In this document: in pieces, positions 50,641 to 62,911 of the stretch
Position numbering within the stretch: the first letter of the stretch is position 1
Layout of the letters: each line of letters starts with the position of its first letter
Assembly (NCBI RefSeq): GCF_009834535.1
Contig: NC_045706.1
Location: 38,874,001-38,938,000 of the forward strand
From: Camelus ferus
Lineage: Eukaryota
Length of the DNA: 64,000 nt
Direction: 5' to 3'
The notes under the pieces: model-generated
What the model saw: the letters and a program-made list of their open reading frames with translations, nothing else
Database searches by the model: none
What the model was told of the DNA's origin: nothing
Program-made: the position numbers and the translations under genes

Positions 50641-51664
50641 TTCTGGCTCCCCTCAAGTAAGCTTGTATTCGAGAAAGCTTTTTTAGGAGGTATTAAGGAT
50701 TTATTTTGTTCAATACACAAGTTTTGTTCTTGTTTCTCTGGGTAATAAACATATACATTGTGCATTCTTGTCTGGGATTTAGGCAGAGGTTGGAATTACA
50801 AACATACTAAAGCTAATTGGCCCCCGAAGTGCTCAAATTCATGTCTTAGGCTCATTAGCTCTGAGCATCTAAGCAGGATAAATACAACAACGAATCCATA
50901 ATAAAGCGGGAAAACAACATTACGTATTTGAAAATTTTAATTTGTTTACTTTGAAAATTAAAGAAAGGCAGAGATACAACTTCCTTGTTAGTACCAAATT
51001 ATTTATCCTTAACTAAGTTCAGATGATAATTTAGTGTTTACTTAGGCTGGTTGCAATTACCACTAGTGGGTGGACATGCAAATGTGCAGCAGGCAGTCTC
51101 TGCATGCAAGCATTACATGAATCTGGTAACCCTAGCAGTAACAACGTAAGAGAGAATTCTTAAATCATTTATTTTGAGTACACTGTTCACCCCTCCTTTT
51201 TAATTTAGTTTTGTACTAAGCAATTTGTACTTAATAGACACAACACAGGTTACATGGATAAAATTCAAGACAATGTTAGGTAGAGAAGAAACTTAAATTT
51301 AGAATCACTTATTTTTTGCCTCATCAATGTAAATTGAAAGATGTTGTAAGTCTGTTAACCAACTGATACTGACCAGCTCTTAGCTAGGACGTCCATGGTA
51401 AGATAATTGTCATTAGTACCTAACTCAGTTAGCAATTTTCTACACATCATGCTATGTGTGACCATCTGTTATCTTCTTCCTCAAGTTCCCTTCAGCTGTG
51501 ATTGCTAAAGTACTTCTCTTTTGTGTTATAGTTAAAGTTATTTTTCCTTGTCTCAGAGACATCCAGGATTTCTGAAGTAATTTTCTCATGTATTATAATA
51601 CAGCATAAAGCAGTAAAATGCAGTGCTTAGCATCAGTTTTACAGGAATAGGGAAAGGATTGAAT

Positions 51665-51885
51665 AGTGCTGTTAGGAGCACACATTCTGGCCGGAGCTAG
51701 CCTTAGTTCCAATTCCAGATCTGCTGCTTACTATTCATATTACCTATTAGAGGCAAATGAGTTAATTTTCCTGTGCTTACTTTTCCTTATATGTAAAATA
51801 GAGTAATATTTATCACCTAGGAAGAATTAATAAGGCAACACAGCATGAAGTGCTGTCCATATAATAGTGCTCAATAAAAGTTTAT
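51665..51885 (+). mobile_element. MIR SINE
   Basis: GTTAGGAGCACACATTCTGG...TTCCAATTCCAGATCTGCTGCTTACTA...TATGTAAAATAG...AGTGCTCAATAAA. Confidence 0.7.
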
Positions 51886-53689
51886 AATGCACATCTAACT
51901 TCCATTCTGGCCTTACACAATTCTTTGCTCTATCTGGAAATTCACATGCCTTAACACTGAACTGAATGCAGACATAAGACTCTCTGTTTACCATTTTTGT
52001 CCTTTCTAGAATTTACATAAAGAGGCTATTTCAGCAGGATAAATTCAGCAATAGTAGTTGTAGCTAAGCTTTGTCAACATGGAGAAAAAGCAAATGCCCT
52101 CTATGTCTTAAGGCTCTGAGGATATATTTCATTCCATCCTACCCTTACTGTATATAAAACTTCATATTCTGCATATATGTCCTTACCCCTATCATAGTAC
52201 AAGTCTGAGGGAAAATAACCTAGTATACTTATCTTCTTCAGATAGTGTTATGGAAGACTTAGGCACATAGGAAAAACAGAGGCTTAGGTAAAAATTTGCA
52301 CATCACTAAGACAACTTGGCTATTGTCATAAATTTGCATACACTTACAAAGTTTTATTTGGAAAGCTGACTTTCATAGAGAAATGCACATGAAGTTACCA
52401 ATTATTCTGTGAAATAAAGGTTTAACAACTGAAATTAGCAGTACCAATAGAACAGGGAAAGGAAGATTTTTTTTCCTAAGCATCAAGACAAGTATAAATT
52501 TTCAGATCCAAATTCTTTTTCTTTCTACATTCTCCTCATTTAAAGAGTGGACTCATGCATAAAGATAAATATTCAGCCTGACACACATCGGCAACTAAGA
52601 ATCAAACCTGGGTGAGAAATCTAACACCATAAATTGCTGCTAAGGCAATGCATTTGGTCAACTTCTGGAATTTGGGAAACAGTTTTCTAATGACTACCTT
52701 TTCTCTTAACCACTGACATATTGATATATAAAGAAAACATTTTTATTTTAAGTTAAAATGTTAAAAATATGTGTGCTTCATATGTAAACTAAAAAAGGGC
52801 AGTATATTGTATATATGCATTTACATGCCATGTAACATGTATGTGCAGTCAAACTGTAATAATTTTACCTAGATCTTAAAGAGTCCTCAAAAAAAAAAAA
52901 AAAAAGAGTGCCTTTTGACGTTGTAAAAACTCTCAACATCTTCTCTGTTGCTGTGTGCTTACTGTTTGGTCACATTCATAATACCCTAAACATGGTCACA
53001 TTTTTGTGTTCAGAGTTTGTTTTTATGTTCAAATCTCAATGCTTTAAATATGAAAGTTTTAATAATTCTTTACCAAGTGATGTACAAATAGAGGTAAGCC
53101 CAAGTATTTGACCTGCTCACAATTCATGCACTTTTTAAATAAATTCTGAAAAAGCTAGGATTGGTGGAAGGTATGTTGTATTTTGGATAATGTTGAATCA
53201 TAATCGGCAAATTTTATAAAGTATTACTAGCTAATAAGAAAAGCAATAAATGAGCATTTTTCCCAAGTAGAATGCCTAAGAATTCTGTTAAGTAAGACAC
53301 ACACATACAGACAAATACTAATCACGACTTCAAACACTGCTCTTGCCTTTCTTGTACACAAATACTTAACTAATCAAGTGAGATTTTTATATTTTAAACA
53401 AGGGTTAAAGGGTTATTAAAATGAAAAAGGAATATTCCTATTTTGGCATGAGATTCTCTCTAAACAGTTTTATTTTTAACATAAGGGGCTTTCTTTGACA
53501 TGTGTTACAAGTGCAAAATGTAGAGATTTTTGAAATGCTTTCTTCCATGATATGACTTCTTAAAATTTTCTAAGAAGGAACATTGCTCCTTCTTTAGGAA
53601 GAGCCCTCCTGACACTTTAGCTAGTTAGTTGCTCAGGACTCCAAGCTTTCTCCTTTGTATAGATTATTTCTAGTCTTTACAATCATTTT

Positions 53690-53830
53690 CTAAACAACTA
53701 AGGATGTTTCCATTTTGCAGACAAAATAATGAAGGCACAGAGAGATGATTTATTGCTGCTGGTCACATAGCTAGTAAGAGGATTTGTGCTTCTGGTACAA
53801 CCTTGATGAACTCTAGAGGCCATTCCTATC
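53690..53830 (-). mobile_element. MIR SINE
   Basis: TTCCATTTTGCAGAC...AGGCACAGAGAG...GGTCACATAGCTAGTAAG. Confidence 0.65.
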
Positions 53831-53999
53831 CTTTCTACCACATTTACCCCCAGTGCAATCAATGGAGTAAGTTATATATTAAATGCAATAGCAGGAAGTT
53901 AACAGAGTAGTAATAGAATGCAAATAAAATACATAGAGAATGGTGATATGAATGTGGAAGAGATGGAAATTAAGAGAACAGAGAAGCTAATGGTAGTGC

Positions 54000-54380
54000 A
54001 CATTGTTATTTTTTGTCGTTGACTATTTCTGGAACAGATCCTGATTTAGTTTGGAGAGCATTCCTCCCTGAATCTAGGTCTAAGTGGCTTTGTGCAAACT
54101 GGTTTCAGTGCAAGCAATATGTGTAGAGTTATGCCAATTGTCTATTTTATTCATTCTGACTTCATAATAGGAAGGCTGATCAAACAAGTTAAAATGAATC
54201 TGGGGAAATCAAGTTTTTGCCGAAATGTATATTTGCTTTTCCTGATGGATTTAGATTGTAAGGTGTAGAAAATTTGGGGCCCTTTGCTTAGCCTCTGAAA
54301 ATAGAACTAACTCAAAAGAGGGGGAACCAAGACATGTATCTTTGTGACCTCATTTGACCCCTACTTCTGCCTGCATGGAA
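54000..54380 (+). mobile_element. MaLR MLT1-type LTR fragment
   Basis: GGAACAGATCCTGATTTAGTTTGG...TTTCCTGATGGATTTAGATTGTAAGGTGTAGAAAATTTGGGGCC; degenerate. Confidence 0.45.
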
Positions 54381-55429
54381 ATCCTGATCTACCACTGGGC
54401 TTTTCAATTATGAAGATTCTCCACTTTGTGTGTAAGCCATTTTGGATCTTTCCTCTATAAATGACAGTTAGCCGAAGTCTCTATTTTGTTCATTACCTCC
54501 ATTTATATCAGAAATTGAGTATTATTCAGGAGAGTGAGACTCGAGCCAGCAACAGCCCCTCATTATCCAACATGTGACTTCGTTTCCATCATTTCTATGA
54601 TTGCTCCCCCATACTGGTAGAAGTACTGAAGGAGCTTAGATCAAAATCCATGCTGGGAGGAAGTCCCTTTGGACCAACCCCAATATGGTTTACATATCAA
54701 ATATATCCAACATTTCCCAAAAAAGTTCTCTCTCAATTAGCAGACCATGAAGAAGTAATATCACCTCTGTTTTTAGTATGTTTACATATCCTGGCTTACT
54801 CAGGCCAGTTTTAATGTACGCCTATTTTTCTAGCAAAATTACAGTGTCTTCTTTCCCTCTCAAAACTGTTCCTGGCTGCATGAGAAATTATAAAATCACA
54901 CTATTGCTAATATTTCTACTGTAGCATTACTATATTAATAATGACATTATATTAATATTCATGATAGCTACTTTTTGACTTAATGTCAGGTACATACATG
55001 TAAAGTTTACTATATTATTGCTTTTTCTTACATTCACTGCACATTGGTACTCTCAGAATATTTCTGGTGGAAAATTTTAGATTAATACATACTTTCCAAA
55101 TATCAGAATTTTATATGACAACATAAAATTTCATATATATTCAAATTTAATTCAGATATATTTTTATTTTCAAATCTAGTAAAGGTAAATCTCAGTATAA
55201 TGATTATTTAAAAACATATAGCAAAAATTTTAGAAAATTATACTAAGTTAATATTTCTTTTACAAGACTAACACTAATAACCAAAAGCCTCAGTTTCTAG
55301 CTATAAGAATGTCTTTCATGCATGTATATTGAGAAAAAACAAGGAACTAAAGAACTAACTATTTGTCATAATGACATTCCAAATGTCTCTCAGATTGTTG
55401 GACCCAGAAATTCTGATATCTGTCTCACA

Positions 55430-55467
55430 CCCTCACACACGCAAACACACACACACACACACACACG
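55430..55467. repeat. (CA)n microsatellite, imperfect
   Basis: Direct reading. Confidence 0.9.
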
Positions 55468-56683
55468 ATATTCCTAGAATTTTAGATCAAGGATTACAAG
55501 GAAGCTATCCTGATTGCTCACACAGGGTTCAATTTTTAAACTCTCCAGTACCTTCAGAGGATGACATGCTGTGATAGATCACATGGACACTGCCAGTTCA
55601 AACCCCTGCTACACTTTGTATCAGAAATAAAACCAGGGATTACCCTTGCGTTCTCTTTTCTTAGCTAATTAACATGGCAAGCCCTGTGCCTGTGTAATCT
55701 CTCAGTTTCAGCATCCTGAGCCCTTGTTTTCTATCTGTGAACAAGCATGTTGTTTTATATACTGTATCTTGAGCATTCTTGACAGATTGTTGACTATCAA
55801 TGGCAACTATTTACTGGCTGAAAATGAGAAGCAGTAATATTCACCTGGCTAGTTTTCTCTTAAAGCCACTCTCATGATGATGATGGTACCTAGTTATAGT
55901 TTGTATTTCAGTCACTCCTAATAATAAATTTGAAGAAATAAAAATTAATTTTGTCAAAGTTGAGAAATGATCATTAGTTGAATTTGTCAATGTCACTTGC
56001 AACCAAAAGAAGTATTTATTTTTAAAAAGAAAGTGTGAAGTAACCAATATTGATTTGTATATAATGAAAATATGTATGTGCGTATATATATTTTTTTCTC
56101 CTTGACACTGTTTGGTCCTCACATCAAGTGTATTTTTGTACATAAATACACTGGTTAGAAAACGTAGGTTGTCTATTCAAAGAATTCTAGCTCCGTGATA
56201 GATTATATTTATCCTAATCCATTGATACCTCTGTTAATTTGTCTTAAGAAAGAGAACTCAATTTTTTGGAATTAGCGGAGAACTGAATTCATGGCTTCTG
56301 ATTGTAAATATGCTAAGCATATTTTTAAAAAAACCTCGGTTTCACGTTAAAAAGAAAAAAATACTTACTGGTAATTTACAGCAATGATGCTAAACAAGGT
56401 ATGTGCAATAATACAGGCTCCCACACCACAGAGTTCTGCCAACAACCCCCACCCTCAATCTGTACCAAAAGAGGTAACAACAGTATTACATTTTCAATAT
56501 GTAAGTTATTTCAATGTGTAAGTCTTTCTCTCCCTTTTTGTTTTTAAAACAGTGTTTGATTTATGGGATTTATGTTTTTAGCATTAAATAGGGATCCAAC
56601 ATCATCCTCGTTCTTTTAAAAAACAGCCAGTTGTCCTGTGGCATCTACTGAATTATATAGATATTTTTCCTATGGATATGAAA

Positions 56684-56836
56684 NNNNNNNNNNNNNNNNN
56701 NNNNNNNNNNNNNNNNNNNNNNNNNNNNNNNNNNNNNNNNNNNNNNNNNNNNNNNNNNNNNNNNNNNNNNNNNNNNNNNNNNNNNNNNNNNNNNNNNNNN
56801 NNNNNNNNNNNNNNNNNNNNNNNNNNNNNNNNNNNN
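56684..56836. other. Assembly gap (153 N)
   Basis: Run of N. Confidence 0.99.
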
Positions 56837-56959
56837 ATTGTTGTTCAGTTAGGTATACATTTTTCTATCCCAGCTGGTGAACATTTTTCCTACAGTGTTT
56901 TTTTGTTGGTTTGCTTTTATGTATTCCTTACTGGGTTTTATTTTTCTAGGTAAAATTTG

Positions 56960-57420
56960 GAATTAATTTATCAACTTTAAAGAAACTGTATCTGGCATGT
57001 ACAAACTGTTCACAGAAGCAACTTCATTCGGAATAGCTAAAACTACCCAAAAGCCCATCAACAGGAAATACAGGCGTATGATGTGATACTTCTCAGCAAT
57101 GGAAAGAAACAAATTCCTAATACAGCACAAATGGATTTTTAAAAGTTTAGGGAAACAAACCAGACACAAGCATAGGCAGAGAGGCAGACACACACAAGTA
57201 TACATGTGCACACTGCATACTCTGTCTAATAACAGGGAAAATTAATCTATGGTGATTGAATTCAGAACTTTCAGAATGTGTTTTGTCTCTAGGGCTGGAG
57301 AGACATAAGCTGTAGGGTGATGGCAAATGTTTAACTTTTAAAATATGTATACATTTGTAAATTTGTTATAAATTTCACTGATATAAAAATGTGTAGCAAC
57401 ATTTACACATACTGAAAAAT
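56960..57420 (+). mobile_element. Old L1 3' fragment
   Basis: TGTTCACAGAAGCAACTTCATTCGGAATAGCTAAAA...CCCATCAACAGG...TACTTCTCAGCAATGGAAAGAAACAAATTCCT...TTAATCTATGGTGAT. Confidence 0.7.
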
Positions 57421-58949
57421 ACAGTGATCTTTACTGTAAATTATGCAGAGCCAAGCAAATGCTTTCGCTGTCTGCAGAACTCTTCCATCTATTGTAACCT
57501 ACAATTGCAATTCAACCATGATTGGACAAAAACAATTGCATCCCTCTCTGCTAACTTTCTCCAGTAAATGTTTTGTCATTAAATCCCATATGTGCTCTCC
57601 TACAAACTACTCCACCTTTGAGTAAAATACGTTCATTAAGCCAAAACCTGATTAGCTTCAGCCGTAACTTCAAGCTACCAAAATTATGTTATTGACTGTG
57701 GCATTGAGAGGAGAAGGAGAGTGCCATGTTGTATGTGCTTGCATCATAGATACAAAGACATCAATTGCCTCACCAACACAGGTAATGGTAAAATAGAGTA
57801 AAATAACTAGGAATTCTTTATGTATTGCTTGTATCCCCTATTAAAACACAAGCTCATGAGAAGATGCTTTTTTTTGTAACGTTGACTATATTACAACCTG
57901 CAGTTAGTGCTGAGCCCAGGAAAGGGTACATAGTAAAATAAGTACATAACAGATAAGTGAATGAACAGCATCTAATTTTCCTAACTGATAAAGGAATAAA
58001 AAACAGCCAGTGTCCTTAATTATTTCCTGGATTCATTACTCCTCTAACTTGTAACATCAAAGAATGTTTCTGTAACTTAAGCTCTTTAATTTACTCCCTC
58101 CCAGTCCTCCATTAATATTGTAGTAAAGGAATAAAATCAAAATCCCCTATAGAGCAAGGTAGAACCTGAACAGATAAGGGATGTCAAGTTAGTTTTGTTA
58201 TGATCAGAGGTAGATGGCCAAGTGGTAACACTGTAGCAGAACAAAAAAAAAAAAAAAAAAAAAATCTGGTTGTTGTGTGGGAAACCAAGAAAAAAAGATA
58301 AATACCAATTTGCACTGCAAAAATCCCTTAACAGCTTAATAACTGTAGATGCCAGATACCTTTGAAGGGTTCTGCGTTTGTATGTGTGTGTTTGTGTGTG
58401 TGTCTGGATGACAGAGAAGGAGGAAGGCATAAAACCAGGAGGTAATTAACTGTCAGTGTGTAGTAGAAGCAGCAGTTGGATTCCCTAGATTTCTTCTCTG
58501 ATCTCCTACTTAGGGAATTCTTACCACCAAACTAACCAGGAAAATGCAGGAAGTTTACTCTCTGCAATGGTTAGACAAAGTTTTGTGGGCTTTGGGAACA
58601 GCACAGAGTAAGAGTGAGGTACTCTATACACTGATAAAAAAGCCTAGGCTAAATGGTGAGAACTCTCAAGTCTCCTTCCACACTGGCTTCCAGAATGCTG
58701 AGTTGGAATTCTCTAAGACCAAAGATTAGAATTCTTTGGGGGGGGGAGTCTGACCAGCCTATGGAGATTTGTAAGTTCCCACAGTGAAACATGAGATTCT
58801 TCATCAAATCAAACTATGCTCACATCCATCAATTAATAAAGCTTGGACAAACATGGAGTTACTAATCAGTGTATTTTTAGTTTCTCATACTCAAATATGG
58901 AACTGGCAGCCAATAAACACTAGACAATGGAGGAAAACGTCTAGTATAT

Positions 58950-59522
58950 GAGGCTGACCAAATATATAGAAGTTTGATCTCAGAGGAAATGGTGATGAAG
59001 CAAGGACACCAAATTTTTTAAATCCCATAATTATATTTTCAGATGGATATTAACAGGATAATTAAACAAAACAAGATCCTTTAAGAAAAAGTTTATGTTC
59101 ATAGAACAAGGAAGAGCTCTTTATAATAAATAAAAATATTGATAATAATAATTAATAATAGTTGACAACAGACATAAAATGTCACTTGAAAATTTGTAAT
59201 ATAGATCTGGGCAAGGTTCCAGAAAGTAGAACAAAGAGACAGAGGTAAGTAAATAAAAGAGAAAGGTTAATACAGTAGAGGATCAGACAAGGAAGTCCAA
59301 CATCCAGCTAGTACAAGTGACATGAATAGTAAATGGAACAGGGAAGCAGTGGGGAGGAAATTAACAAAAAATACTAGGAAAGTTTTTAGTATCAAGAGAT
59401 CTGAATTTTCAGACTAAAAAAGTGACCAAAATAAGTGAAAAATAACAAGTAAACAAAGTAAAAATAATCAAACTGTGAAATTTCAAAACATAGAAAAGAT
59501 CCTAAAAATTCCAGAAAAGCAC

Positions 59523-59553
<31 letters not shown>

Positions 59554-60240
59554 GTCAGGGATTCACAATGGAGTCAGACTTTGCAGTAAAAACACTGGAA
59601 ACCAAAAGGAAATGGATAAATATGTTTAAAATTTTGGGACCACTAGGTTTACACACTGAGCCGAACTATGAATAAAGTCCATTTGAATACACTCAGAAAT
59701 ACACTCAGGAAGAATACTAATGTATTCTCGTTCAGGAAATGACTTGAGGATCTACTCTACCGAAATAAGAACATAAATTACGAGCAAGAAAGGGATATAG
59801 TTAAGTGATAATCCAGCATGAGAAAGGGGCATAAGGACTCTAAGATAGTGATGACAGAATTCCCAGGATAACTGCTTGGCTACAGGCTAAGAGGACAGTC
59901 AGCCAGAAGGATGGAAGGGGCTCGAAGGAATGCTTCCTCATATGAGTTACCACTGGAGAAATGCTCTAGAATTTTAATAAAAATGTGAGACTTAAGTCAT
60001 GAAAGGACAATTAAAAGCTAAGAAAATCCTAAAAGGAGGCCGTTTTTATTGGAGGACAAAACAAAGACCTGGAATCATAGGGCACCGCTTTGTTCAGCTA
60101 TCACCAACATGAAAGTAACTTGATCATGTAAGAACTGACAATAAGACGTATAATATTATATTCAGCGGATGGGAGAAAGCAATCAATGTATGCAAGAGAA
60201 GTGGTCAAAAAAGAGCAATCTCTACCTTATACATGTAGAC
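58950..60240 (+). mobile_element. Old L1 (L1ME-like) ORF1 remnant
   Basis: ORF 59475 KFQNIEKILK...GFTMESDFAVKTLETKRKWINMFKILG resembles the L1 ORF1p C-terminal motif (IRLTSDFSxxTLEARRQWxxxFKIL); A-rich, many stops. Confidence 0.75.
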
Positions 60241-61329
60241 GTAAAACATAGATAATTTTTATTTTACCTTTCTACAGATTTGACAGTCCCTTCTTCTCTG
60301 ACAACTTAACCCCAGGTATGCTAAATGTGCAGATTTATATAGTGAAAATCAAAGTCACAATTTATCTGAGGCAACACATCACAGACACACGTGCCGGGAC
60401 GGATGAAAATGCTGCTTAATGCACTCTATTCATTTCAGTTTTTCACAGCCCATTGAAATATGCATGGCTAATGGCGGACTCGGACTTTGAAGATACTGGG
60501 TGGGAGGAGCAACACATTGAGCATATCATGTGGAGTGCTGCACACATCATGCAACGTAATGTGGAATCAATACATCATTCATTAGGCATATCTGCCTGTT
60601 TTTCAAGCCTTATTAGCACTGTATTCAAAAAGTCCATATATCATGTTTTATTAAAAGAAAATAGAAACAGCTTTATAAGCATGTTATTTAGGAAGATAGC
60701 ATAAAAACAAAAGGAATATTTTGTACTGAGAATCAGACTAGGAGTTTTAGGGAATCCTGGTTTTTGTTTTTTGTTAATTGTAAACTTTTTAAAAATTATA
60801 ATGGCTGATTTTTAAAACTATGTACATGTATATCTTTGATTTTTAAAAAATAGCTTAAAACCACAACATTCCTCTCTTTACCATAGAGTAATTCTTTTGC
60901 AATTGAGTATTAAATGTGTCTTTGTGCAGTTATCTGCCTAGAAGTAAGCAAATATGTGTGTTTTGATTTAATTTGATATTTGTTCCATAAATTTTCACAC
61001 TGGTGAATTTGAGGGACACCGTCAAGGCAATTTACCCTCGCCATTACACTCTTGAAACATAGATGATATGCTAAGCACCTCTCATATTTGTTATTTTTAA
61101 AATTATCCTAAATAAAATCTTATACTTTGTCACTTTTATTATAGTACCTTAATCCTTTGTGATTAATGGCATCATTACAATTATATTTGTCTCAGTTTTA
61201 AATTTTACAAAATAATAGTACTTATCATTTACTTCTACCACAATACCTTCATATATTATTTCTTACACATTTTAATGATTATCAAATCTCAGGAGCATGA
61301 GATTCAAATTACACGATGATGTCCAAATT

Positions 61330-61755
61330 ACCTTATGATGAGTGGACGATATGGCAAAAGTGATGGGATGTCACTTCTGTTATTAAGTTACAAGAAATCT
61401 TCATAAAGAGCAAAGCCAGCTGCCATACTGTTAGATGTCCTACGGAAAGGCCCAAATATAAGGAACTGAGGGTTGCCTCTAATTAACAGCAAGAAAGTAA
61501 CTGAGGCACTCAAACCAACAGCCTTTGAGGAAGTGGATCCTGCCAACATCCATGTACATAAAGCTTAGAAGCTGATTCTCCCCCCAGGTAAGCCTTCAGA
61601 TTAGACCATATCCTCAAATGACATCTTAACTGAGGCCTTCTGAAATATCTTGAGGCAAAGACAGCCAAGTAAGCTGACATTAAATTGTGAGGTAAAAACT
61701 GTTGTTTTAAATATGTTTCAGTATAGTTTGTCACTTATCATTAGAAGCTACAACA
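61330..61755 (+). mobile_element. MaLR MLT1E/F-like LTR
   Basis: GGCAAAAGTGATGGGATGTCACTTC...AAGCCAGCTGCCAT...GGAAAGGCCCA...AAGGAACTGAGG...GGATCCTGCCAACA...AAGCCTTCAGAT. Confidence 0.85.
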
Positions 61756-62884
61756 GAGTTATCTGAAGAAAATATGTCCATGATTTTCTTTATATAAAGA
61801 AGGATATTATCATTATGTACATTTGTAAAGAAAGAATGACATCTATAAACCTCCCATATTAATTATACAAATGTGTTCAAATAATAAAGACATACTAAGT
61901 AGATATGGATTGCTACTATAAACTTGCTTTCTCAATAACTTAAAATTTTTCTTTAGATATAAAACATGAATTCAACAATTATCAATAGTTATGCTTTTAT
62001 TTCTAGTTTAGTTTAACCATGGGGAGCATTTTTGGATGGGTGTCTAGTTGCAAAGTTATTTCTACCTCATAATAACTAGATGTTTTTGCTGAATTGGCTA
62101 CTTCTCAGAGATAGTAACTTATAAAAATTGTATTTTTGACTCATAAAAAGCATAAAAATGAAGGAGAATGAGTAAATGCATGAGATTTTAGCCATATCAT
62201 CAATATTTTTTGTTTTACATAAACATATATCAATTATAGTAAGAAACATAAATGTTTTCATAAAATTTGCAGGTTCAGTTTCTTTGACCCAAGTATTTTA
62301 CTCTCTCAAAAATTGCTCCTCCCAATTCAACTACCATATTTCTGCTTCCCTTACCCACTCCTTGGGTATGCAAAGTATCAAAGCAGAGTCAACAGAGAAA
62401 CTGGATTTTAACAAGCTACTATATTCACATCATGCCTACATCCTGCAATTCACTGGATGTAAGGAATTGGAATGAGTATGAAAAAAGCATCAGAATTATT
62501 TCCCTTGTGTTCTCATAGGGAACGATATTAAGAAACAATGATAGCGCTTTGTTTCCCAACCAATAATATATAAGACACTGTATATGGTTATCCACAATGA
62601 GATCTCCCCAACAAAGATTTTGACAAAATGTCAATCAAAAGGATGAAAGAGTATGGAAGAAGCCACTATTAAAATTTAACTAAACACAGAAATTCAGTTT
62701 TAGTCATCCGAAATTTTCTGTAGGTTACATTAGTGGCTCTTTTATGGAAGAGACAGGCAGGTGGGGATGGCTTTATTAATACTTTTTATAGGCACGCCTT
62801 ATGCACACATTCCCACACACCGCACCTCCTCACACACACATCAAATCTGTAACAGGCTGAATGCAGGAGCTCTTACTAAGGGTT

Positions 62885-62911
62885 AGATATTAAACTGATC
62901 AAAAGGCCAAG
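62885..62911 (-). pseudogene. U2 snRNA 5' fragment with internal deletion
   Basis: AGATATTAAACTGAT (15/15) followed directly by CAAAAGGCCAAG (11/12) matches the reverse complement of recalled U2 segments ATCAGTTTAATATCT and CTCGGCCTTTTG. The roughly 28 intervening U2 bases are missing. The one mismatch is CG->CA. Confidence 0.55.

Noticed and set aside
54497-54870. Protein-like minus-strand frame (PGTVLRGKEDTVILLEK*AYIKTGL...)
   Set aside because: About four stops in 125 codons is not clearly below random expectation, and the apparent intron would be only about 30 nt.
56638-56953. ORFs containing X runs
   Set aside because: Artefacts of the N gap.
59475-59675. 66-aa ORF as a host gene
   Set aside because: Remnant of L1 ORF1.
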